Source of the DNA: Eutreptiella sp. 'Long Island Sound 2002'
Taxonomy: Eukaryota; Protista; Euglenida
Direction of reading: 5' to 3'
Assembly: GCA_964036045.1 (NCBI GenBank)
Contig: OZ038378.1
Coordinates: 11,408,001-11,472,000 of the forward strand
DNA: 64,000 nucleotides
Shown here: piece by piece, positions 47,810 to 59,394 of the stretch
How the letters are laid out: the number at the start of each line of letters is the position of its first letter
How positions within the stretch are numbered: the stretch's first letter is position 1
The notes under the pieces: generated by a model
Database searches by the model: none
Told to the model about the DNA's origin: nothing
Seen by the model: the letters and a program-made list of their open reading frames with translations, nothing else
Program-made: the position numbers and the translations under genes

Positions 47810-50800
47810 CTGAGCACAAGGCCAACACAAGGGTCACGCCCCGGCAGCCCCTGGGCTCCGCGCAAATCCAACGGCGGGTGCGGCATGGAATCCGGCGCGA
47901 CACCTACACCGCCTCAGTACAATGGCGGCGGGGTTTGGGGGGGGTATGACCTAGATTATGAGAGAGATTTGTTGAACTAAAACGAGAGAGAATCAGAAAC
48001 AGAGCAGCAAACAGACAGAGGTAATGCACTCCACAGCATGGCATAGGTGCATCTTTATTCTCTATGCCATGCCTGGTTGAACCTCAGCAGAACAGTCAGT
48101 ACAGGCATCAGACCAGGCGTCCCTGGTCGTCACAACAGCTGACCTGTGCATTCAGCAAAATGGTGCAAATGATAAAAGACAGCAGGAGACAGAGAGATAC
48201 AGAGGGGTACTGAAAATATCAGCGTGAATTCGTTCACATCTTCGGCCCCCTCTGGTCTCCCCCAAAGCGCGCAGGGGCGGGTAAGGCCCGGCGCATCCGT
48301 CCCCCTCGGCTACGGCGGAATGCCCACCGGTGTGTATATTTCGTTCGCCGCCAGGGAACTTCCGCACCTGGCCCCTGCCCTTCGGTTTCCCGTACCGCCC
48401 GGGGGCCCATCAGAGAGATACAGAGGGGTACTGTACGGGGTTCGGGGGGGGGGGGGGGGCTCAGAGCCCCCGATCTGAAAGCCGCGCTGTAGCAACGGAG
48501 CGGCGCTGTCTCTGCGCTGTTCGAAGGTGACCGCACAGGGCTGAGCAGCCGCGAACACAAATTGGGGGGACGCAGTTCCGCAATGTCAAAGGCAAACAGT
48601 GTTCAAAGCCTTTGACGTCCAGAATGCCTCATGAGGTCTTCAAAAACAGAGGCTGATACGCGCCGCACCGTACCATCCTCTGCGGCGGCCAGGAACACCT
48701 GTACCATCGTGATCCATTGGTCTGATGACCACGAGCTGCATACCGCTGCATATCAACAACGAAGCTCCGAAGGATTTTCGGTGGTTTCCGCCCCACCATC
48801 TCAGTGAAGTGTGTTGTTGCAGTACCAATACTGCTGATGAGAGCGCTGTTCTACCCCCGGGCACCAGTGGTGCTGGAGACAGTCCCCGCTGCAGCGCCTT
48901 GTTGTGGGGGCCTTGATGCAGTAACCCCCCAAACCGTCTCACAGAGGCAAGCATGTACGGTTTGTGCCGAGGACTTGTCCTGTTTGACTACTCCGGGGAC
49001 AGCTGTCCCAGAGACAGGCTGTTGCCCGTGTCGTTGACCAGGTGCATCCAGATGCACACCCTGAGTCCATGCTGTTTTTGCCGACTCCAACACTGACTTG
49101 TGCGCGCTGGTGTGTGCATCTGCAGGATAATTTTCCTGACAGGGGCTTCTAACAACCACAAAAATGATTATTTCCCTTTTGTCCTTTCCTTTGTCCTTCT
49201 GCGCTCTGCACCATTTTCGGCGAGCCCCGTCTGCCCTGCCCTGTTACCTCCCCTTGTGTTTTCCTTTGACGCTGCCCAATTTCCTCTGGGCTCTCCATGT
49301 TCATCCTGTGTCGGGGGGTAAAGGACGGCGGGGGAAGGTGCTGCTGTGGGAAGGGGGAAGGGGAGGGGGAGGGGGAGGGGGGTCGTCGTGCCCTATCCCC
49401 TCCTTCCTCTTGAGGAGGAAGATCCTTGCTCAAAGGGGCTCCTTAGTGGTGTCAGTGTACTTGGTGTTGGTGGTTTTGGTCACTTGCTTCTGCTGGCCCA
49501 CATATCCCAGTCTGTCCTGGGTGTAGTTTCATGTTGTTTGCTGGCTTGATGGGCGTAGCTTGCGCGGCGGTGGTAGACCATGCACGTAGCACCTGCGTCT
49601 GACTAAGGGTTTGGGACCGGGGCTAGTTCCCCTTCGTACGCGTCCCTGTAGTTGGGGCGAGGGAGGAGTCCGCGGCCTCCCCACCCTCCCCTGTCAAGTG
49701 TCTGTCAGCACATTACCAAGGGCCCGCGGTGCCCAAGGCGTCGTTTCTGGGTTGCCTTGGGCTGTCCTGGGCTGCCCTCTGCTAGTGTTGTGTGGGTGGG
49801 TGTGTTCCGCCGTTGTTGGTGTCGGTGTTGCCGTGGTGTCGTGGTTGGGAGTTGCTGCGGTTGTTGCTGGTGCGTAGTGGGGGGAAGTATATTCTGAGTG
49901 GTGTCAGTGTTGTGGTGGGTGATGTTGCCTCTTGTGGCACTGGCAATCAAATCAGTCCCAACATCCGAGTCCTGACAGGGCTGTGTCCGCCATCGGTGAC
50001 CCTGTCCCCCAATTTCTGGTTCACTTGTGGTTCGGTCGCCGCCAACAGCATCAGTGCCCCGCCACTCTATAGTCCTCCCCACCTCGCCATTCCCCTACCC
50101 TCGCCCTGTTGCTATATGCGTTAACGTTCGTACGTTTTCATCCCCAGTTCAGCAGCTATGATGTTGGCGCGGTTTGGTTGAGCCATGAGTCTCATTGGGT
50201 CATCCACTATTAAATGTATCCCTTCTCCCACGATAAACACTTCCGGTGCCCACATCATTTCCTCCGGCACCCACACACAGCCTGCCACTACCTGCACCAG
50301 GTAGACTCTGTCTGATCCAAGGAGGTACATTCGTGTTCCCCCATCCGGGTAGTCTCCTGTCCATCCCCTTCTCCTGTTTTCCCTCAAAATTCGTTCCCTC
50401 TGTAGCTTCAGTAGGTCTGCTATGTACCTCCTGAATTTCTCTCCAAAGGTTAGTGGTCTGGTCGCGTTTGTGTTGTATCCCTCTGGTGGGGGCGCAGTTG
50501 TTGGCTGTGGCTCCGTCTGTCGACTTTTTCTTGTTCCCCACAGCCACAAACTCCAGGTGTGGTCTGCACAATCCATTTCAACTTGGCGTGTGCGCTTGAG
50601 TTGAGCTGAAACATAGGGCCGGCACTTTCCAAAAAGGCTCCGGCCCAACTGGTCGATTTGTTGGCCACTTCTTGCCCGTTCGGGGTTTGTGTGTACATCC
50701 AGGCCGTTGTAGGCTGTTGTAGGCTGTTGGGGAACAGATGATAAACCAGGCCCACTGCAGCTCAGCAATATCATGGCCCACAGCCTTGCCATCCTCACCG

Positions 50801-53800
50801 TACCGGATAGACATGTCATTGTCCCTTTTGATTATGGGCCGACCACCTCCAGCCACCTTTTCAGATCGAAAAAAGCAAATTTGAATCGGCTGCCCCTTGT
50901 GGAACCCATTCAGGCTCCCCCACCTGTCCCTTAAACAACAGTTCCTTTAACCGCTCAGCTTGTCCAGGCAGGGCTATTCTTAGGTCATGCTCTCACACAT
51001 CATCTGACTCTCATTCGTCTCGATCTCATTTGCGAGCAGATTGGGTGTTTGCTTTGCTTGCGGGTGACAGAATGCGTCTAGCAGCCCCAAACAACGTTGC
51101 ATTTACCTGCAGTTATTGTCCGCAGGGGAATGCACGCGGCTGATCCTGGGTGTACACGCCAGACCAGGCTCTGTTTGCAGACCTTCACGCCACCACATTC
51201 ACTCGCGGTGCACTCGCGCTACCCCAGTACAGCCAGAGCAATCGCACCTGAAAGATGGGATCGTACCACATGACACCCCGGCCTTTGCCACGGTAGAAGA
51301 TCTGAGTCTGGCAGGGGAACGCGTCGTAGGCAGGGTTCATTCCCATGACCACCTTCCAACTCGGGCCACCGGTGCCGCTGGGGTTGCCGCTGCCAATGAG
51401 GATGCCCTCTGCCGTCTCGTGGGTCAGGGTTTCGCCCCGGAACTGGCTCAACGGCGCGGGGTTCGGAACGCGGGGGATCTCTGCGTCGCACCCGAAGCAG
51501 TTGTGCTTCTGGATGATGCACAACGAGAAGCGCTCGAACTCGGGGCTTTCGTACGACGCGATGCAGCGGTAAGAGCAGACCTGATGAGGGACCGTAGGAG
51601 CGCGGGGGGAGAGGAAGGGGGTGGGACGTCAGAGCATCGAACGGTCTGGACAGGCAGGGCTACCTCTCACAAACCAAACAGAACACCTCCTGGCGTCCCT
51701 TACATCCAGGGTCATGGGGCTGTGACGGGGCTGGGGCTGTGATCAGGTCTATAACTGTGACTGCCGGAGGCTGTGATTTGGGTGGGGGATATGGTTGGAG
51801 TGACAGGCCATGAGGGTACGTTTGCCCAGCACGCCTAGCATCCAAATCAATGTCCCGGTCGTCCATCCCCATGCTTTACCACTAGATATCACTCCCTCCT
51901 CCAACCCAGGAAACCGAAGCACGAATGACACCACAAAGCACAACTGCAAGTGAACAAGGAACCTTTCATGCATCCTTATTCCACAACCGTAATGCTTGCC
52001 GAGGACTGTGTTCCAAGGAAATAATATAGGGTGTATTGTAACATGGGAAGGTCACAGATGTAAAGAAAGAGTGCAAAATTACGGTGCAACATGCACAACT
52101 TCATCCCCACAAGTGTGAGGGTCAATACACTTAGTGAAATACCTCTCATTGCACTGCCCACAAACTGTGGTGGTGTGTTTGTGACAACACAAAGCACAAA
52201 CGTCTTCATCATCTTCATCACAATCATCTCGTGAGGCAGTGCTTGGGTCATCAACAACGGTCCAAACATGCAGCGGCACATGGTCCCATGGACCATAAGG
52301 CTTATACCGTACTTGCCTCCTAATGCAAAACTGTGTGAAATGCAACAACACACGCACACTTTGGTGCAACTGATCTGCACTGCCACGCCAAACGTTCCTC
52401 ACCAAACCCCAAAGCCACAAATGGCAAAACAACTCTTCAATCCCTGCCCTATACCAGTTGTGCACATCATTGTACAATTGTTGGTGGTCGCTCAAATTCC
52501 CATTTTTTCGCCCAACAAATGGGACTATCACATGCACCCTGCCCTTGTAGGCCCCATCATGGCCGCCCACCTCAAAATCAAAGAAAGAAAGACGGACCAT
52601 AACCATCCCATATGAGCACATTTGCTGAAGTCCCGGGTGCTAGCGGGCATATCCACACAATATTACCCAACATGTCAACTGCGACTGTCATCTCATAAAT
52701 ATGGGATGCATATTTCGGGTTCCAAAGGTCACCTGAGAAAATCCCTCCAATGGAGCTAATAGGCATGCTATCTATGAAATGAGTCATGAAGAAAGGGAAA
52801 TGGGGACAATGGTTGAAACGATTCAACTTGTCAGCCCATCTGATTTCCTATACCACATGGTTCAACAAATTGCGAACTTGGTCCACACTCTTTCGCCATT
52901 CCACCTCTCAACTGTTGTCTGTCTGAGACATATATGCACCGCCATCTGACGCTGGAGTGTGCTTCATCCAAAAGAAGAAACGATACATAGATTCCCAATC
53001 CAAAAACTCCGGGTGGCCATACTTCATCCAAAATTCTTCCATCGTGTATGCATCTGCACCCATCCGTGCAGTTTGTATGCGCAAGCTGGTCGATTTGCAC
53101 CGCTTCACCCACCAACCAACCCCTTCCTCATCGTTCCCGTATTAAGGATGTAGAGGATGGGCCATTTTGCCATTGATGGCCAACAAATACTCCAAGATCT
53201 CCTCTTCGGTTTTTTCGTTGTGTTGTCTACATTCCTCCTCGGTATACTCCCTTTCTGCAGCGGGTTTGGGTTGTGGTTTGGGTTGGGGTGTGGGCTTGGG
53301 TTTTGGCCCCGGTTTTCTTGGGGTTGTGCTTGGAGTTTGGGTTGTTGTTTCGGTTGGGGTTTGGGCTTAGGTTTGGGGTCGGGCTGGTCTTGAGGTTGTG
53401 GTTGCGCCTTAATTGATCCATGAAAGCAATCTCTATGTTGTTCAAATCTGCAATCTTACTGTTGATGAAATCCATGTAGCGCAGAATGGGGGTGGCATGA
53501 AGGGTACCACTGCCTTCCGGAATCTTTGTTCGACGGATACAATGCGCACCTCATCCCTTGCATCACTTATCGCACACAATTGGCAACGCAACACAATGCA
53601 ACATAAAAACGTAATGAACGTTGGCCCGGTTTCCTCAATAGCACCCAATTGAATCCATTGAATCCATTGAATCCAAGACAAAGGACGGTTAGATTCCCCA
53701 TAGGTACTGAAACCACCGAAGCAGAGCTCGGGACGGCCTTGGGTTCCCCGAAGGTACTTCCTTAGCACTTGCCCGCAGAGGCAATCGATGTAGATGCTCC

Positions 53801-56093
53801 GGCTTCCTTTGTCACTCAGCATGCCGTCCCGGGGGCCCACATGTGGGCGGAATGGCTACATCACCCCTGCCTTCTCGGGGTCCCCATAGTGGGGAAAGAT
53901 CAATATGGCTACAGCACCCCTACCTTCTCAGGGTCCCCATAGTGGGGATAGATCAATATGGCTACATCACCCCTGCCTTCTCGGGGTCCCCATAGTGGGG
54001 ATAGATAAATATCAACCCAAAAAGAAATGGATGTGGTGGAAATGAGCAAAACATGTGTGAAAAAGGGTGAAAATCCAAATATACCACATCCCCAATGCGA
54101 AAGAAGCATCAAAATATCCGTTTTCAAACAACAACGTGTCCCCAACACGGGGACAAAAAATGCGGAAAATGGGGGGAACTGGGGGAAAATAAGGGGAAAG
54201 TTCGCCCGGCGCGCCCGGCGCGCTAACGTACTCTCCATGCCTCACACAAATTCAGGTGTGCCCACCACTCCAACACAGAGGGCACATACGCCCCCAGGCC
54301 TCACAAGGGTATTGGGGGTGAGGCTATCCATCATGCCAAAAAAATTCGCAGACTCCGAAGGCCGTGACAGCAGAGCACCCCCCGGTCGGGAACGGCTGTC
54401 GGCTACCGGCCAGTCAGTGCCGGCTGACCATCAACTGCCGTGGATAACTACCATCCCCCATCAAATTGACTGCTAAAAACCGTCAATTCACCTTAATCCT
54501 GCCACACGAAGCCTCAGGCTGGCGCTAGTGGAAGGAAACAAACGAGAAATTTCTCCTTCCCAGAGGACAGCCCTGATCAGGGGCTGCAGCGCAATGCAAG
54601 CCGACCGTTTAATGGGACGGGAGGCACTGTGGCCGGACCTGATCGCGGCGGTCGCACTGATCCAAGCAGTCTAGGCCAGCTTTGCATGTGGCATCCCCCA
54701 CACAGGCCAGAATGGGGTCCCGGCAGTTCGTGAGCATGCACTGCACCACTGCAAAGGACGTCGCCTCGACGGTGTGTTTGACGGCCTCGACGTCCCGCAC
54801 TGTGTTCTGAACGAGGGTCAAGAACAGCGTCAGTAGATCGTCTGCATTGCGCCCGGCCCAGAAACGGTCGACGGACTGCAGCACAGTGACTTCCTTCGGA
54901 GGGCGGAATATCTGTAGGGGTGTGAGACAGGACGCAAAGGTGGGGAGTAGTGTGTCAGACACAGTGGCCCCTGCCTGCGCCTGCGCCTGTGCCTTGTGAA
55001 TGATCCTGTGCCTGTACACCAGCTAGTGCCCTCCTTATTCGGAGGCAACACATGGCCAAAGTCGTTTAGGGAGTCTTGAGTTTCTGTGGGAAAGAAGGAG
55101 GAGAGGTTGCGAAAAAGAGAGACAATCGCCATTGACTCTCCCCTTCTACAATGCCTGGAGAAGGACAGAAGGGGCCACCTGTTGCAGCCATCCCAGCAGG
55201 TCCACCGGCAGATGCCGGGGGCTGATGTGGCTGCTGAGAGACTCATGGCACTCGAGGAAAACCGCGTTTTCCATGCCCTGCGTCCGCGTCTGCACCTGCG
55301 CCACAAACTCCGGATCCTGCACCCCAACAGCAACGAGAACCTGCGCCCTCTCCCGCGCAGATGCGAAATCCAGCCCTGCGATCGAGTCCTTGGTGAATAC
55401 TTCCAAGTGGATTGCAGGGTCTACCCACGCCACACGCTGTGCCATGCGCTGCATGACCCCCTCGAGTGTGGGGGACGGCACCCCCGCAAGACTGGCACCG
55501 TTGAGGGGGCTGGGGGAACCGGCAGGGACCACCACAAGGACTGTGACAGGGGCAGCGCCGGGTGCAGTCACCGCCGGGTCCGCCACTGCGCGCAGCACCT
55601 CGGGGTACGCCCCTCGTGCCCCAGCGGGGGCCGGCCACGCAAAGGGGTCAGCCGCAAACCGCGCGACAAAAGCCGCAGCAGCCCTGACCACTGCCCGGTC
55701 TGCCTGTTGGGCCTCGGCAAACTGCAAAAATTGTTGCCAGGCATCAGAGCCGAACGGTGGGCCATCGACAGGAACGGCGGTTGACATCGCAGCAACAGGA
55801 CCTCCCGAGACCGAGGGACGCGGCTGTTGCCGGGCCACCCGAGGCCTTGCAAGCGTCCCGAATGATGGCACCGCTGGTGTTGGGGCGAGACGGGGCCGCT
55901 GCACTGTGTGGGGCCACAGGGCAGAGACCTGGGTCCCAGGAGCTGGGCCCCAAAGCCTGTCTACAGTGCTGCCGAGGATCACAAGCCCCAGAAGAGACAG
56001 AGCAGCGAAACACCCACCCTTCCACTGCCGAACGGTGCGCTTCAGGGAACGCTGTGGCGCGACCGAGGGGTCATAGTACTGCATGCGCGCCAT
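47456..56093 (-). CDS. VDR: Violaxanthin de-epoxidase-related (VDR) lipocalin-family protein with predicted bipartite plastid-targeting presequence, 4 exons, about 624 aa
   Basis: Exons 56093-55179, 54911-54639, 51580-51248 and 47809-47456 are joined by phase-0 GT-AG introns. The Cys-rich domain reads CMLTNC…C…C…CLDQC…DQVCSYRCIASYES…FSLCIIQKHNC. VDR-type motifs NPAYDAFPCQ.Q.FYRGKG, WY.P.FQV, VWRRR.YRV, PGTF.FSVLDNGV and GQSY.GA are present. Confidence 0.9.
50121..50819 (-). other. Unassigned A-rich ORF in VDR intron 3, probably transposon-derived
   Basis: 232-codon open frame with purine/A-rich codons, unlike the GC3-rich host genes. No domain was recognised. Confidence 0.3.
51248..51580 (-). 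CDS. VDR: VDR exon 3
   Basis: Acceptor CATCAG|GTC and donor CAG|GTGCGA; VCSYRCIASYES…WYDPIFQ. Confidence 0.92.
52079..53050 (-). pseudogene. Harbinger/PIF-like (DDE_Tnp_4) transposase with two in-frame stops, one frameshift and a C-terminal Cys/His finger
   Basis: FIDSMP (D), VAVDMLGNIVWICPLAPG, DGAYKG (D), YNDVHNWYRAGIEELF (E), then an acidic linker and CALCC…CGQC…KCIDPHTC. Confidence 0.82.
53854..54012. repeat. 53-bp subterminal tandem repeat x3 of the Harbinger-like element
   Basis: Units start at 53854, 53907 and 53960 (GGCTACATCACCCCTGCCTTCTCGGGGTCCCCATAGTGGGGATAGATCAATAT). Confidence 0.95.
54639..54911 (-). CDS. VDR: VDR exon 2 (start of the Cys-rich domain)
   Basis: Acceptor CTACAG|ATA and donor CAG|GTCCGG; IFRPPKEV…CMLTNCRDPILACVGDATCKAGLDCLDQCDRRDQ. 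Confidence 0.88.
55179..56093 (-). CDS. VDR: VDR exon 1 (presequence and N-terminal domain)
   Basis: ATG at 56093 (alternative 56084). Hydrophobic segment GGCFAALSLLGLVILG is followed by an Arg/Pro/Ala/Ser-rich transit-like stretch; donor CAG|GTGGCC. Confidence 0.85.
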
Positions 56094-57269
56094 CAAGCAC
56101 TACGAGATGTGACAGGGTAGACAAGTCGGCAGACGCGCGACACCTTGTGCTGGCACACAAATATTGGGGCAGGCAAACACAAACACACAACACAACTTCG
56201 TGTGGGGTCACACACAGCGCACATCAGCGCCCATTTCTTGGTGGGTTATCCCAAAAACAACCCCATAGTCTCCTGGGGGTGCCCACCGTTGCAGGCGGTC
56301 GCAGGCGGTCACAGGCGGTCGCAAGCGCTTGAGATGCCCCTTTTTGGCCAAAAACCCCCTTTTGAGGGCTCCACGCAATTGTACTATGGCTTGTGACCCC
56401 TCTACGCACATATTGTCTTGTGCTGTTTGCCATGCTCTTCACCACATTTTTATTTTAACCGAAAAAAAACGGTTTTGTACCCGAAAGTAACAATTGCATA
56501 GGTAGATGACGTCATGACTATGAAAAAAAAGTGACGATGGGGTTTAAAGGACCAAATTTTGCCGCCGTGGTAAATCGGTTCCTATTCCCATTTTTGATGT
56601 CCGTTGTCGTGCACGTGAGGCCCAAAAAGTATTTGGTGACCTTCATGTAAAAGCTTGGCGCAAAAATGGGTAACTACTTCAGCAAAGCACAACAGGCACC
56701 AACTCCTCAGCCAAAAATCAATTGAACATGGTAGGGTCTGAAATAGGGTGCATGCGTGTGCAGAAATTTGTCATGGCATGCTCTGGTGTACACAAGCCGC
56801 AAATTTTGTGTGCTTCACTCCTCCTATTTCTACCCATCCCTTTCGCGGTGCTGTCACAAAAGCCTGCTTATATCATTTGTACTTAGGTGCATGCATGGTG
56901 CTTTGTGTGTCACCGTAAACGGGCTTCGGGAGCTTAAAAAGTTAGCCCACAGGGTCACGGTCTCTGCCTATCACCCTCTCCCTCCCACTGGCCCCCACAC
57001 TTTCCCTCCCGTAGAAGGTGGGGCTGTTGGGTCCTGCCTGCCTGTCGCCGGTCACCTCCAGTGGCTTCCAGTGGCAGAGGTATCCTCCAGTGGCTTCACA
57101 ATTTGATGTGCCACCGATGGCGATTCCTCGTCTGTTGACGCCCTTCGTCCATGCGGCGAATTCTGGGATGCCTCATTTTCAAAGACCCAATCGCAAAGCA
57201 ACGAAACTAGTGCGGTGCTTCATTGGTCCCATCTCCGTGAAAATGCTGCTATTGCCTACGGTTCGCCTC

Positions 57270-57385
57270 ATGTGCAAATTCAATTACTTCGGTGTTAGGG
57301 AAGGGTTGTGGGGTCAAGATGACTCTTGGGAGCCACTTGGGCACTTGACAAGTTGTCAACACTTGGTTGATGCTTTTGAAGCAAG
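57270..57385 (+). pseudogene. Chromodomain-like relic, probably from a transposon
   Basis: NYFGVREGLWGQDDSWEPLGHLTSCQHLVDAFE fits the chromodomain pattern Y.V.W.G….D.TWEP..NL..C..L…F. Confidence 0.5.
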
Positions 57386-59394
57386 TGAATGTAACCAGGT
57401 GCTCCCACATGGAATGTTGAGGGTACTATCTCACACAATCCCAAGAAATTGACCTCGGATTCACATTAGTGCCTTAGCCCGAGGCCAACACTTCGCAACA
57501 AGGAGCGATCACGCATATGTTTTGTCACATTAGGGCTTGGGCTTTGGCTTTCGGCTTCTCCTTTCACTAATTTTCTGGCCCAAAATTGCGCCATCTAGGC
57601 CTTTGGAGAGGATAGCCGTCGATTTCGTGCTTGTCAGTGCAATTTGATGGCAAGGGTAGACAATCCATGCAAGATGCAATGTACCGGACGCATGCATTTG
57701 GGAAATTTTGATGCCTCGGATTAACTTTAAAGAATTTCTCACGTTATATCATTCTAAACATGGACACCATGTCAACTCCCCCTGTCCATTTTTGTGCCAA
57801 AAAATAGCCATTTTTGCACCAACTTTGGACACCAACGGCCCAAAACCAAGAACACACCATATCCTGGGCTACGTGGCTCAAAATGACATTCCAAGGGCAC
57901 GTAGACCATCCGCAACCCCCCCACTTTTTGTGGTTTCCACCCCTCCAAATTGCCCAAGCGTAGACCCCCGTGCTAGTGCTAAGTATGCAGCGGTAAGGTG
58001 CAAGCTTGAGCACAATCAGGTGGGCGCCCAAATCAGTAGGGTCCACTGGGGGCGAAAAAATGACTTTTTCCAAAAATGATCCGAGACCACATGGGATGAC
58101 AAAACAATCGGTTTTAGCCCGTTTTATATCCGTGGTATAAGCACACGGATATCCGCAGATATCCGTGGGGAGTCGTCAAAAGGCTTCGAGTATCTGTGAA
58201 CAATGCCACTTGCTTCTTGAGATCGGTTTTGTCCAAGTTTGCATGGCTAGATTTGGGTTCCCCATTTTCGACACGTTGTTTCTGTTGTTTTTGGGATCAT
58301 GGTCTGTAGGTCGGTGACCTCAAGAATACCTTTGGTCTCTGGTCGTTTCGGTCGGGGAACAGCTCCGGAATTGGGGTGAGTCTCTTAAACAGCCTTTTGT
58401 TGGCGGGTCTGCTGTTGGGGGGAAGACAACCGAAAAGTCCAATGTCCCCAATAGGGGAAGAACTCAAAGAAGGGGTTTGTAAACCAGGTGATCCCAAGGT
58501 CCCTGGGGAAAAAAGAAGGAATGAAAGAATGGACACGGAGCAATTTAGTGAGCGTGCTGGGGAGAGATGATCTGGCAAGACTCGTCAGCGGGCAAACAAC
58601 AAAGCAACAAAGCAGCTTAAGGCCATAGACTGCACAAATACAAGCGTGAGTGTCTTTCGTCATGCGAGAGTGCACATTAAAGCCGCTGTCTAGAGGCCCT
58701 TCCCAAGTCCAATCCCCAAAACCTTTTTGCACAATCGTAAAACACACATAACACGACATCAAACTCGTCGTTTTGTATCGTACTGTATACGGATCCGAGC
58801 TCCCTTGCCCCATGATGTGCCAGTTATGGGGTACAATTGGCATACCTATGTTGAAGGCGAAATGCTATGATGAGGAACAACACATTCACCATATGGACAT
58901 GGCATAACGACGAGCCAACGGTGCACAAGGACGTGCTTTATCGCTGTCGTTGTATGAGTCGCTACGGGCACATTCATGCATGAAAGTAAGCTCACCAATG
59001 TGTGTTGAACCAAACCATCACATAATGCTTCCCAACTAACGATTATGGACCTAAAACCTCGGCCCTTGGGGGCGAAGCCGCTAATGTTCATCTAACGATT
59101 ATCGTGCTGAAATCGCACCCCCTCTAAAGATCCGCCATGGGTATGATGCATACATTTTCAAAGTGTCTGTTGTGTTTAGAGCATGAGGCCTTTGTCGTGC
59201 TTTGTCTGTGATCGCATCTTGGTGATCATCTATCATAGCCAGCCGTAGTGCCACAATTTGCTCACAAAACTTGAATGGTGTGTCTTGGTGTGTGACGTTG
59301 TCTGTCAACATCTTTGATACGGGCTAGGGCTATACTAGTCCACCAACACGACGGCACTTTGGTGTTTGCATGCCCACCGAGGACAACGGTATGC

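Larger units (their letters stand above)
51812..54235 (-). mobile_element. Harbinger/PIF-like DNA transposon of about 2.4 kb in VDR intron 2
   Basis: Imperfect TIRs GAGGGTACGTTTGC (51812) and the reverse complement of 54222-54235 (GAGAGTACGTTAGC), each flanked by CAT (51809-51811 and 54236-54238). An internal degenerate transposase and 53-bp subterminal repeats are present. Confidence 0.75.

Noticed and set aside
46913-47980. 355-aa plus-strand ORF
   Set aside because: It is the antisense shadow of GC-rich VDR exon 4 plus flanks, with no motifs of its own.
55132-56076. Alternative-frame and antisense ORFs over VDR exon 1 and cyclase exon 3
   Set aside because: These are expected shadows of GC-rich coding sequence; the motif-bearing frame is clear.
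13655-56093. Euglenid non-conventional (non-GT-AG, stem-loop) introns
   Set aside because: Both gene models close fully with GT-AG introns, and no terminal base-pairing was evident at the junctions inspected.
58300-59320. Possible coding relic (…GFGDWTWEGPL…; …FKFCEQIVALRL…)
   Set aside because: Several stops and frame changes are present and no family could be assigned with confidence.
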